From assembly GCA_018712345.1 (NCBI GenBank), contig DVHG01000011.1, forward strand, positions 2,209 to 66,208: a stretch of DNA of 64,000 nt. The letters run 5' to 3'. A model generated the notes under the pieces. That model was not told the DNA's origin, searched no databases, and saw only the letters and a list, made by a program, of their open reading frames with translations. The position numbers were made by a program, and so were the translations under genes. Each line of letters starts with the position of its first letter. Position 1 is the first letter of the stretch. The DNA is from Candidatus Onthovicinus excrementipullorum. Lineage in GTDB: Bacteria; Bacillota; Clostridia; Oscillospirales; Acutalibacteraceae. Below, in pieces: positions 18,916 to 27,617 of the stretch.

Positions 18916-19437
18916 ATGGAATACTGGGACCTGTATGACCGGGACCGGATCAAAACGGGCAGAACGCACCGCCGCGGCGATCCGATGCCGGCAGGATATT
19001 ACCGCATGGTCATCCATGTGTGCATCTTCAACGCGCGTGGCCAGATGCTGATCCAGCAGCGCCAGCCGTTTAAAAAGGGATGGCCGGATAAGTGGGATGT
19101 CACCGTGGGCGGCAGCGCCATAGCCGGGGAGGACTCCCGCCAGGCGGCGGAGCGGGAGACGCTGGAGGAGATTGGGCTGGCACTCGACCTCTCCGATGCG
19201 CGCCCCAAGCTGACGATTAACTTTGAGGATGGGTTTGACGATATCTACCTGATCGAGCGGGAAGTGAATTTGAGCACCCTCCGTCTTCAGGAAGAGGAGG
19301 TTCAGGCCGTCCGCTGGGCGGGGCAGGAGGAGATCCTTTCCATGATCGACAGCGGTGCATTCATCCCATACGCCAAGAGTTTTATCGAGCTGCTCTTCGA
19401 GACACGCAAGCTGGATGGCACCGTTCCGCGTGTGTAA
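18916..19437 (+). CDS. NUDIX hydrolase
   Basis: Nudix box GGSAIAGEDSRQAAERETLEEIGL (GX5EX7REUXEEXGU). Start at MEYWDLYD with RBS GGGGAGG. Confidence 0.85.
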   Translation: MEYWDLYDRDRIKTGRTHRRGDPMPAGYYRMVIHVCIFNARGQMLIQQRQPFKKGWPDKWDVTVGGSAIAGEDSRQAAERETLEEIGLALDLSDARPKLTINFEDGFDDIYLIEREVNLSTLRLQEEEVQAVRWAGQEEILSMIDSGAFIPYAKSFIELLFETRKLDGTVPRV

Positions 19438-19522
19438 AGCATCTCGGGCGAGACGAATGACATACAAGACGGCGGTACAGCATGACGCTGTACCGCCATT
19501 TTCGTTGTCTGCGAACGGAGCA

Positions 19523-20212
19523 TCACCCATCCTTTCGGAAAATATCGAGCGTGTGGTTGGAGTATCCGATCATATCCGCCCTTTCACAGGCGGCAAAATG
19601 ATAGTTCAGATAGAGTGCATACGTCTCGTTATCCATCTGGGCAACCGTTTCTCTCATATAATGGGCAAAGCCGTCGGCCGCCATAAAATGGAGCTGGGTG
19701 ACCGGGAAGCGGCCTCGCAGCGCATCGATATCCTCCTTCCGGTTCAGCGCAAAGAGATCCTTCGGGCTAGAGAAGGTCTCAAAGGTTTCCGGATCAACCA
19801 TGCTGTTTTCCATGAGCTTCCGGATATTGCCCCGGAGGAATCCGTATTGCAGGATGCTCGCATCGCTCATACAATAGGCGGCGAAAACGATCCCGCCCCG
19901 CTTCGTCACGCGCACGGCCTCCGACGGGGCTTTCGGCTGATCCTCCGATGTAAACAGGTGATACATCGGCCCGAGGAGCAGGGTGATATCATACGAATCG
20001 CTGCCAAAGGCGGACAGATCCATGGCGTTGCCCTGTGTGATGGTAACCGGCTCACCGCTGGCCGTGTTTTTCCGGAAGACATCAATATTGTGCTCGATCA
20101 GTTCGACAGCGTTCACCTGATAACCTTTCCGGGCCAGCGCGTGGCTGTACCGAAATGGCGGGGCGGGGGACGCCATTCGCTGTCCGGTATCAAAATTTTT
20201 TACAATATTCAC
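19523..20212 (-). CDS. Class I SAM-dependent methyltransferase, possibly 5'-truncated or degenerate
   Basis: Post-motif-I core is conserved (ARKGYQVNAVELIEHNI, DITLLLGPMYHL). The ORF starts with GTG. The expected GxGxG motif I region reads FDTGQRMASPAPPFRYS. The usual ~40-aa N-terminus is absent. Confidence 0.55.
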   Translation of the reverse strand: MNIVKNFDTGQRMASPAPPFRYSHALARKGYQVNAVELIEHNIDVFRKNTASGEPVTITQGNAMDLSAFGSDSYDITLLLGPMYHLFTSEDQPKAPSEAVRVTKRGGIVFAAYCMSDASILQYGFLRGNIRKLMENSMVDPETFETFSSPKDLFALNRKEDIDALRGRFPVTQLHFMAADGFAHYMRETVAQMDNETYALYLNYHFAACERADMIGYSNHTLDIFRKDG

Positions 20213-20256
20213 AAAAACGGTCTTACCGAATGGGGAGAATTCCCATGCGGTAAATC

Positions 20257-20305
20257 TTGACTTTTTGAGTTAGCAGTGGTAAACTTTTAGTTAGCATAAG
20301 CTAAC
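20257..20305 (+). promoter_or_regulatory. Candidate feo promoter (TTGACT-17-TAAACT) with GTTAGC-ATAA-GCTAAC operator-like palindrome
   Basis: -35 TTGACT at 20257-62, 17-nt spacer, -10 TAAACT at 20280-85. Perfect inverted repeat GTTAGC/GCTAAC at 20290-20305. An extra GTTAGC half-site lies in the spacer (20269-74). Confidence 0.35.
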
Positions 20306-20353
20306 ATCAAAATGCGGAAAGAGGATGATCCAGTGGCGGAACAGGGAGGCGGT

Positions 20354-20566
20354 ATGCCGCTGAGCCTGCTCGGCTCCGGCGGGGCCGGAAGGGTGCTGGC
20401 CCTGCGCGGCAGGGAGGAGACTTGCAGGTACTTGGAAAATCTGGGATTTGTCCCGGGAACGGATGTGTCGGTCATCAGTGAGATCGGCGGGAATGTGATC
20501 GTGGGTGTCAAAGGCACGCGCGTCGCAATCAGCCGGTCCATGGCGAATAAAATCTTTGTTCAGTAA
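20354..20566 (+). CDS. feoA: FeoA-family iron transport protein
   Basis: 70 aa from the ATG with RBS GGGAGG. SH3-like FeoA pattern (LENLGFVPGTDVSVI, VKGTRVAISRSMANKI). Confidence 0.85.
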   Translation: MPLSLLGSGGAGRVLALRGREETCRYLENLGFVPGTDVSVISEIGGNVIVGVKGTRVAISRSMANKIFVQ

Positions 20567-20589
20567 AGCGGTCAAAAGGGGGAAACATC

Positions 20590-20811
20590 ATGACACTGAA
20601 AGAAGTAAAGCCGGGTGGGTCCGTCACCGTTACCCGGCTGACGGGCGAAGGCGCGCTCAAGCGCCGGATCATGGATATGGGGATCACCAAGGGTGTGACC
20701 ATTCTGGTGCGCAAGGTCGCCCCGCTGGGGGATCCCATTGAAGTGAATGTGCGGGGGTATGAGCTCTCCCTGCGCAAGAGTGAAGCGGAAAACATCGTGG
20801 TTGAGGCATGA
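20590..20811 (+). CDS. feoA: FeoA-family iron transport protein (second copy)
   Basis: 73 aa. MTLKEVKPGGSVTV..RRIMDMGITKGVTILV..PIEVNVRGYELSLRKSEA is a classical FeoA. Confidence 0.88.
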   Translation: MTLKEVKPGGSVTVTRLTGEGALKRRIMDMGITKGVTILVRKVAPLGDPIEVNVRGYELSLRKSEAENIVVEA

Positions 20812-20831
20812 TGGGCAAGGGGGTTATTGAA

Positions 20832-23003
20832 ATGGATTTAAAAATCGCGCTGGCCGGCAACCCGAACTGTGGAAAAACGACCCTGTTTAATGATTTGACA
20901 GGTTCCATGCAGTACGTGGGCAACTGGCCCGGCGTCACGGTTGAAAAAAAGGAGGGCAAGCTCAAAGGGCATAAGGATGTCATTGTCACGGACCTGCCCG
21001 GTATCTACTCGCTCTCCCCGTACACACTGGAGGAGGTCGTCAGCCGGAACTACCTGCTTGACGAGCATCCGGATGCGGTGATCGATCTGGTGGATGCGAC
21101 AAATCTGGAGCGCAATCTCTACCTGACCACACAGGTGCTCGAGCTCGGGCTCCCGACGCTGATCGCCCTGAACATGATGGATCTGGTGGACAAAAACGGC
21201 GACCAGATCGACGCGGCCAAGCTAGGCGAGGCGCTCGGATGCCCCGTGATGGAAATTTCCGCGCTCAAGGGACGTGGCACCAAGGCGTTGGCCGCCCGGG
21301 CGGTTGAGATCGCCTCTAAGAAAGAAAAAAACAAACCGAAGACGGAGTTCAGCAAAGCGGTGGAGGATGCCCTCTGCCAAATCCGTACAATTTTAAAGGA
21401 TATATCCACGGCATATGATACCCGCTGGCACGCTATCAAAATGTTTGAGCGCGATGAAAAACTGCTGGAGGGACTCAATCTGCCCGCCGGTACAAAGGCG
21501 CAGATCGAGGGCATCATCAGCGCGGTCGAGAAAAAACTCGATGACGACGCGGAGAGCATTATCACCAATGAGCGGTATGAGTACGTGGCCTCCGTCATCA
21601 AAAAATGCGCCCGCAAGAAAAAGATGGGCTTGACGACTTCCGATAAAATTGATAAGATTGTCACAAACCGCTGGCTGGCACTGCCGATCTTTGCGGTCGT
21701 AATGATCGTTGTTTACCTCATTTCCGTCACCACACTCGGCACCATCGTGACGGACTGGACAAACGACGTTCTCTTCGGGGAGTGGATTCAGCCCGGCGTA
21801 CAGACCCTGCTGGAGAATGCGGGCGCGGCGGAATGGCTTTCCGGCCTGATCGTGGACGGCATCATTGCCGGCGTGGGCGCGGTGCTCGGCTTTGTCCCGC
21901 AGATGTTTATTCTGTTCTTCTTCCTGGCCCTTTTGGAGGACTGCGGATACATGGCGCGCGTGGCGTTCATTATGGACCGCATCTTCCGTAAATTCGGCCT
22001 CTCCGGAAAGAGCTTTATCCCGCTGCTGATCGCCTCGGGCTGCGGTGTTCCCGGCGTAATGGCGACCAAGACCATTGAAAACGAAAAAGACCGCCGCATG
22101 ACGGTCATGACCACTACCTTTATTCCATGCAGCGCCAAGCTCCCGATCATCGCGCTGATCGCCGGTGCGCTGATGGGCGGCGCCTGGTGGGTCGCCCCAG
22201 CGATGTATTTCCTGGGTATTTTCGCCGTCATCATCTCCGGCATTATGCTCAAGAAGACCAAAATGTTTGCCGGTGATCCCGCCCCCTTCATCATGGAACT
22301 GCCGCAGTATCATATCCCCGCACCCAAGGGCGTGCTGATGCACATGTGGGAGCGCGTGCGCTCGTTCATCATCAAGGCTGGTACGGTCATCTTCGTCTCC
22401 AGCGCGCTGATCTGGTTCCTGCAGTCCTTCGGCGTGGCGGACGGAAAGTTCGGCATGGTCGATGAGAACAGCAGCTTGCTCGCCGCGATCGGCGGATTCT
22501 TTGACGTAATCTTCGTCCCGCTGGGGTTTGGCAACTGGCAGGCGACGGTCGCCACGATCTCCGGCCTGATCGCAAAGGAGAACGTGGTCAGCACTTTCGG
22601 CATCCTGTTCGGCCTTGGGGCGGATGTCACGGAAGAGGACCCCGGCCTGCTGGCGGCCGTTTCTGCGATGTTCCCCGGATATGCATCGGCTATGTCCTAT
22701 CTGGTGTTTAACCTGCTGTGTGCGCCGTGCTTTGCGGCGATGGGCGCCATCAAGCGGCAGATGGCCAGCGCCAAGTGGACCGCCTTTGCCATCGGTTACC
22801 AGTGCGTATTCGCCTATGTCGTCGCAATGATGATCTACCGCATCGGCGGGCTGTTTACGGGTGAAGTTGTATTTGCGGGCGTGGATGCCGTATGGGTCGT
22901 GATCGCGTTTGTACTGCTGGCGGGGATGCTCTATATGCTGTTCCGCCCCAATCCGCAGAAGAAAAGGATGCGCGCCGCTGCAAAGGCCGCAAACGCGGCG
23001 TAA
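20832..23003 (+). CDS. feoB: Ferrous iron transporter FeoB
   Basis: N-terminal G-domain (ALAGNPNCGKTTLFN, DLPGIYSL) and C-terminal polytopic permease. The ATG at 20832 has RBS AAGGGGG. Confidence 0.95.
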   Translation: MDLKIALAGNPNCGKTTLFNDLTGSMQYVGNWPGVTVEKKEGKLKGHKDVIVTDLPGIYSLSPYTLEEVVSRNYLLDEHPDAVIDLVDATNLERNLYLTTQVLELGLPTLIALNMMDLVDKNGDQIDAAKLGEALGCPVMEISALKGRGTKALAARAVEIASKKEKNKPKTEFSKAVEDALCQIRTILKDISTAYDTRWHAIKMFERDEKLLEGLNLPAGTKAQIEGIISAVEKKLDDDAESIITNERYEYVASVIKKCARKKKMGLTTSDKIDKIVTNRWLALPIFAVVMIVVYLISVTTLGTIVTDWTNDVLFGEWIQPGVQTLLENAGAAEWLSGLIVDGIIAGVGAVLGFVPQMFILFFFLALLEDCGYMARVAFIMDRIFRKFGLSGKSFIPLLIASGCGVPGVMATKTIENEKDRRMTVMTTTFIPCSAKLPIIALIAGALMGGAWWVAPAMYFLGIFAVIISGIMLKKTKMFAGDPAPFIMELPQYHIPAPKGVLMHMWERVRSFIIKAGTVIFVSSALIWFLQSFGVADGKFGMVDENSSLLAAIGGFFDVIFVPLGFGNWQATVATISGLIAKENVVSTFGILFGLGADVTEEDPGLLAAVSAMFPGYASAMSYLVFNLLCAPCFAAMGAIKRQMASAKWTAFAIGYQCVFAYVVAMMIYRIGGLFTGEVVFAGVDAVWVVIAFVLLAGMLYMLFRPNPQKKRMRAAAKAANAA

Positions 23004-23039
23004 TCTCCCTGTACGCAGGGATTTAAAGAGGTGTTCACC

Positions 23040-23285
23040 ATGCTTGAATGGTTGGCCGCAAATGCGGCGACAATTGTGATCTCCGCGGCGCTGATCGTGC
23101 TGCTCGCGCTGGCGATCCGGTATATCGTTAAAAAGCGAAAAAACGGCGGCTGTGTGGGCTGTGAAGCCTGTTCTTCCTCCAAAGGGGGCTGCTCCGCCTG
23201 CCACGGCGGCTGCGCGGCTGCCACAGACGATCATCAGGAGTCGCCCGGCACCTGCTGCCACTGCGCAGACAAACCAAAAGAATAA
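23040..23285 (+). CDS. FeoB-associated Cys-rich membrane protein
   Basis: One N-terminal TM helix followed by a Cys-rich tail (GGCVGCEACSSSKGGCSACHGGC...CCHC). Directly downstream of feoB. RBS AAAGAGGTG. Confidence 0.8.
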   Translation: MLEWLAANAATIVISAALIVLLALAIRYIVKKRKNGGCVGCEACSSSKGGCSACHGGCAAATDDHQESPGTCCHCADKPKE

Positions 23286-23450
23286 CACAATGGCGCCCCG
23301 CACGGTTCCCAAACCGTACGGGGCGCTTTTTGATGCGAAATACAAATAAAAAAATAAATTTTTCGATTGAAGCGGCGCTGTCCCCATCTGTGCGTGGCAT
23401 AAAGGCCGTCTGATGCCGGGACCTGCCCGAAAAGCCGGCGTGTAGAGCGG

Positions 23451-24182
23451 CTACAGATATCCACCGTCTGTGCCCAGGACCTGACCGGTGATAAATCCGG
23501 CCTGTTCGGAGGCCAGGAAGGCGGCCGCCGCTGCGACATCCTCCGGTTCGCCCAATCGGCACAGGGGCGTCTCCTCCCGCAGCTGATCCATCGTCTCCGC
23601 GCTGTGGCGGGCGTTCATATCCGTGCGGATCACGCCGGGGGCCACGGCGTTGACCGTGATGCCGGAGGGGCCAAGCTCCCGTGCGAGCGCCTTTGTCAGG
23701 CCGATGACACCGGCCTTTGCGGCGGAATACACGGCTTCACAGGAGGCGCCGGCGATGCCCCACATGGAGGCAATGTTGAGGATGCGGCCCCATTTTTGGT
23801 GTACCATGGCGGGGATAAACGCGCGGCAGCAGTAGAATACGCCGTCCAGATCCGTGCCCATCACACGCCGCCACTCTTCATCCGTGGTATCAGTCAGCAG
23901 ACCAAAGGCATCCACACCGGCGTTGTTGACCAGTACCAGCGGATCACCCATAGCGCTGTGAATTTCACTGCGCAGGTGGTCCACCTGAGCGCTGTCCGAT
24001 ACATCGCAGAAAAAGGCCTGCGCCTGCACGCCAAGCTCCCGGCATCGGCGTACAGTCTCCTCCGCGCCTGCCCTGTTCGCCCGGCAGTGGACGGCGACAT
24101 TCAGCCCCGCCCGTGCGAGCGTCTCTGCAATCGCCGCGCCGATCCCGCGGGAGGCCCCTGTGACCAATGCGAGTTTTGCCAT
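23451..24182 (-). CDS. SDR-family oxidoreductase (FabG-like 3-oxoacyl reductase)
   Basis: TGASRGIGAAIA cofactor motif, NNAG, and the catalytic YSAAK. 243 aa. Confidence 0.88.
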   Translation of the reverse strand: MAKLALVTGASRGIGAAIAETLARAGLNVAVHCRANRAGAEETVRRCRELGVQAQAFFCDVSDSAQVDHLRSEIHSAMGDPLVLVNNAGVDAFGLLTDTTDEEWRRVMGTDLDGVFYCCRAFIPAMVHQKWGRILNIASMWGIAGASCEAVYSAAKAGVIGLTKALARELGPSGITVNAVAPGVIRTDMNARHSAETMDQLREETPLCRLGEPEDVAAAAAFLASEQAGFITGQVLGTDGGYL

Positions 24183-24384
24183 CTGATCCCCTCCGTAAAG
24201 GCATATGCTCTATTCTTTCTCCTCGTATTATAGCGCGATACGGCCGCATTTGCAAACGCTGCATGGGTACTTTACGCGATGCTATCCACCCGCGAGTGGG
24301 AACGCCGTGAGGTGCAAAACACGGCGGACGGAAATCAATGGCAAATCTTTTTGAAAATTTGGCCGCTTTTCTCCGCTTCCTCTC

Positions 24385-24413
24385 TTGAATCTCGCCGTAT
24401 TATCCGATATAAT
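24385..24413 (+). promoter_or_regulatory. Candidate sigma-A promoter (TTGAAT-17-TATAAT)
   Basis: TTGAAT at 24385-90 and TATAAT at 24408-13 with a 17-nt spacer, about 60 nt upstream of the decarboxylase beta-subunit gene. Confidence 0.45.
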
Positions 24414-24473
24414 ATGTAGTAGCGTGTGCCCGGACGGGTACAGTCAAGAAACCAAAATTAAGGATGTTGAGAC

Positions 24474-25607
24474 ATGGAAATTCTGAACCAGTTTGCCGCC
24501 CTGTTCGGCAACATCGCGGAGGTCCGCTGGCAGATGATCGTCATGTGGGTCATCGGCGGTGTGCTGATCTACCTCGCCATCAAGAAGGATATGGAGCCCA
24601 CGCTCCTGCTCCCGATGGGCTTTGGCGCGATCCTCGTCAACCTGCCGCTCTCCGGCGCAGTCACCCAGGGGGATGAAATCGGGCCCATCGATACCCTGTT
24701 TAACGCGGGTATTGCCAATGAGCTCTTCCCGCTGCTGCTGTTCATCGGGATCGGCGCGATGATCGACTTCGGCCCGCTGCTCTCGAACCCCAAGCTGTTC
24801 CTTTTCGGCGCGGCGGCGCAGTTCGGCATTTTCTTCACCTATTCCCTCGCCTCCCTGTTTGGCTTTACGCCGCAGGATGCGGCGAGCGCGGCCATCATCG
24901 GTGCGGCGGACGGTCCCACGTCGATCTTCGTGGCCAACTACTACCAGTCCAAGTATCTGGGTGCGATCATCGTGGCGGCCTACTCCTACATGGCGCTCGT
25001 CCCGATTATCCAGCCCCCGATCATCAAGCTCTGCACCACCAAGAAAGAGCGCATGATCCGGATGAAGTATAACCCGCAGCACATCTCCCGCACCACGAAG
25101 ATCCTCTTCCCGATCGTGATTACTGCGATCGTGGGTCTGGTGGCGCCCAAGTCTGTGGCGCTCGTCGGATTCCTGATGTTCGGCAACCTGATTCGCGAGT
25201 GCGGCGTGCTGGACCTGCTCTCCAAGAGCGCACAGAACGAGTTGGCCAACCTGGTCACAATCCTGCTCGGCCTCACCGTGGCTACCAAGATGCAGTGGCA
25301 GGGCTTCCTCCAGTGGGAGACACTGCTGATCATGGCCCTGGGTCTGGTTGCGTTCGTTTTCGATACAGCGGCCGGCGTCATGTTCGCCAAAGTTTACAAC
25401 CTCTTTGCGAAGGAAAAAATCAACCCGATGATCGGTGCGGCCGGTATCTCCGCGTTCCCGATGTCCTCCCGCGTGGTCCACAAAATGGGCCTGAAGGAGG
25501 ACCCGCAGAACTTCCTGCTCATGCACTCCGCGGGTGTCAATGTCTCCGGTCAGGTTGCCTCTGTTATCGCGGGCGGCATGATCATGAACCTTGTCCCGAA
25601 ATTCTAA
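24474..25607 (+). CDS. Sodium ion-translocating decarboxylase, beta subunit (OadB/GcdB/MmdB family)
   Basis: 377-aa polytopic protein with family blocks (IGAADGPTSIF, GISAFPMSSRVV). Confidence 0.9.
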   Translation: MEILNQFAALFGNIAEVRWQMIVMWVIGGVLIYLAIKKDMEPTLLLPMGFGAILVNLPLSGAVTQGDEIGPIDTLFNAGIANELFPLLLFIGIGAMIDFGPLLSNPKLFLFGAAAQFGIFFTYSLASLFGFTPQDAASAAIIGAADGPTSIFVANYYQSKYLGAIIVAAYSYMALVPIIQPPIIKLCTTKKERMIRMKYNPQHISRTTKILFPIVITAIVGLVAPKSVALVGFLMFGNLIRECGVLDLLSKSAQNELANLVTILLGLTVATKMQWQGFLQWETLLIMALGLVAFVFDTAAGVMFAKVYNLFAKEKINPMIGAAGISAFPMSSRVVHKMGLKEDPQNFLLMHSAGVNVSGQVASVIAGGMIMNLVPKF

Positions 25608-25633
25608 TCGATCAGAAAGGAGCCTGACAGCTT

Positions 25634-25837
25634 ATGTTTTCTCTCAGTATTATCAATGTGAGCGCTTTTGTGGCCTCCCTGCCGACGCTGCTGATCGGCA
25701 TGATCGGTATCTTCATCGTGATTGCGGTGATCGTGCTGTGCATGGTCGTTCTGGAAAAAGTTTTTTCGGATCAGAAAAAGCCGCGTAAAAAGAAAAAGGA
25801 AAAGGATGCCGACACCTCCGGCGAGGCGCAGGCATAA
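25634..25837 (+). CDS. OadG-like small membrane subunit
   Basis: 67 aa with a single TM helix and a Lys-rich tail, immediately after the beta subunit. RBS GAAAGGAG. Confidence 0.6.
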   Translation: MFSLSIINVSAFVASLPTLLIGMIGIFIVIAVIVLCMVVLEKVFSDQKKPRKKKKEKDADTSGEAQA

Positions 25838-25952
25838 CAACACTCCCCCGGCGGGCGGCACTGATTTGTCCTTCGCCGGGGGCGTTTTCTTTTGGCAATT
25901 ACCGGAGCTGCCGCACAGCCGGGATGCTCCGGATATCAGGAGGGAAGAGAAT

Positions 25953-26690
25953 ATGGCAAACGCACTGATCGCAATGCTTTGTTTCTCCGCCGCAGAGATT
26001 ATCTTCGTCCCGTGGTTCCTGCATGCGGAGTATCCCAAGCGTAATTACAAATCCCTAACACTGAAAATGATCTGCTCCGCGCTCTTTGTCGGGGTGGGAA
26101 TCGCCTGTATGGCCCTGGCAGGGCATACAGGCATCTATTCCTGGATCATCCTGGCGGCGCTTGTGTGTTCCGCGGTGGGGGATTTCCTGCTCCATTATGA
26201 AGATGTCATTGAAAATCACGACTATTTCTTCTATGGTATGATCGCCTTCGGGATCGCGCACCTGCTGTATCTGACTGATTACATCTATATCCTGACGGTA
26301 AAGCTGCCGGAGATCAAGCCCTTCTCCTGGCTGGAGCTGGTTGCGCTGGTAATAGCCCTCGGGATTGCACAGATGGGGAACAAGATGTTTCACCTCAAGC
26401 CGGGCAAGCTCAAAATCCCGCTGTATGTGTATACCACTATCCTCATCTGCACGGTGATCCATGCCTGCTATCTGGCTGTTCAGTACTATCTGGCGGACCT
26501 GACGAACCACGCACTGGTGCTGCTCTTCCTCGGTGGGGGCGGGATCCTCTTCGCAACTTCGGACGCACTGATCGGAATCCTGCACTTTGGCGACAAAAAG
26601 CCGCGCCCCATGCGCGTGGTCAATATCGTCACCTACTATGCGGCACAGTGCCTGCTCGCCGGGACGATCCTGTTTCTCGGAGGGCTCTAA
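25953..26690 (+). CDS. YhhN-family (lysoplasmalogenase-like) membrane protein
   Basis: The internal ATG gives MANALIAMLCF.... There are about eight TM helices with YhhN-like blocks (SAVGDFLLH, ATSDALIG). Confidence 0.72.
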   Translation: MANALIAMLCFSAAEIIFVPWFLHAEYPKRNYKSLTLKMICSALFVGVGIACMALAGHTGIYSWIILAALVCSAVGDFLLHYEDVIENHDYFFYGMIAFGIAHLLYLTDYIYILTVKLPEIKPFSWLELVALVIALGIAQMGNKMFHLKPGKLKIPLYVYTTILICTVIHACYLAVQYYLADLTNHALVLLFLGGGGILFATSDALIGILHFGDKKPRPMRVVNIVTYYAAQCLLAGTILFLGGL

Positions 26691-26820
26691 CCCCGGAGCG
26701 TAGATGCGGTGCCCTCCGGCCCCGCAGAGGGGCGCGTTACGCAGTCCAAATGGGCTGACATCCATGGCGCTTCTTGTACTCTCATGCATTTATTCTTTCG
26801 CCCTGACAGGAGGATTTCCC

Positions 26821-27579
26821 ATGGCTGACTGGAACCCTGAAAAATACCTGTTATTCAAAAAACAGCGCACGCAGCCGGCTATTGATCTGGCCAACCGTGT
26901 GCGGGGCTGTACGCCGAAAAAGATTGTAGATATCGGCTGCGGCCCCGGGAACAGCACGGCGGTGCTGCGGGAAGTCTTTCCGGAGGCGGAGATTCGCGGG
27001 ATCGACAGCTCGGCAAGCATGATCGAGCGGGCGCGGGCAAAGCACGGCGATGTTGATTTTTCCCTGTGCAGCGCAGAGGAGCTCGACGGCACCTATGATC
27101 TGCTGTTTTCCAACGCGTGCCTGCAATGGATCCCAAATCATGGGATGCTGATTCCGCACTTGATGGAAAAGCTGACCGACGGGGGAGCGCTGGCGGTTCA
27201 GATGCCGATGAACCGGGAGGAGCCGCTCTATCAGATCATACGCACCGTTGCGGCGGAGTCAAAATGGGATTTTCAGAAAGTGTGTTTTGAAACGAACGAC
27301 ACGCTGGCGCCGGAGGAGTATTTTGATATCCTGTCCGGTTGCTCCGGCAGCTTTGAGCAGTGGGAAACGGTCTATTATCATGCACTGCCCTCCCATGAGC
27401 ACCTGATCGACTGGGTGCGGGAGACCCGTCTGCGCCCCTATCTGGCGGTACTGGATGACGGTCAAAAACAGCTGTTTGAAGGGGAGATCCTGGCGCGGGT
27501 AAAGGCGGCCTATCGCCCCACTGCAAGCGGAGAGGTGATCCTGAAATTCAGGCGGTTCTTTTTTGTGGCGTGCCGGTGA
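26821..27579 (+). CDS. tam: Trans-aconitate 2-methyltransferase-like SAM methyltransferase
   Basis: MADWNPEKYLLFKKQRTQPAIDL plus DIGCGPGNST motif I and SNACLQWIP, which is the Tam signature layout. Confidence 0.82.
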   Translation: MADWNPEKYLLFKKQRTQPAIDLANRVRGCTPKKIVDIGCGPGNSTAVLREVFPEAEIRGIDSSASMIERARAKHGDVDFSLCSAEELDGTYDLLFSNACLQWIPNHGMLIPHLMEKLTDGGALAVQMPMNREEPLYQIIRTVAAESKWDFQKVCFETNDTLAPEEYFDILSGCSGSFEQWETVYYHALPSHEHLIDWVRETRLRPYLAVLDDGQKQLFEGEILARVKAAYRPTASGEVILKFRRFFFVACR

Positions 27580-27617
27580 AAACGGATTCGATGGTGATAT
27601 AAATGCGAAAAGGTCCA

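Noticed and set aside
20269-20305. Canonical Fur box or DtxR/IdeR box at the feo promoter
   Set aside because: There is no match to TGATAATNATTATCA. The half-sites GTTAG/CTAAC are 6 nt apart rather than the 1 nt of the DtxR/IdeR consensus. It is kept only as an unassigned operator-like palindrome.
21393-23387. 664-aa ORF on the minus strand
   Set aside because: Antisense to feoB and the Cys-rich gene. Shadow ORF.
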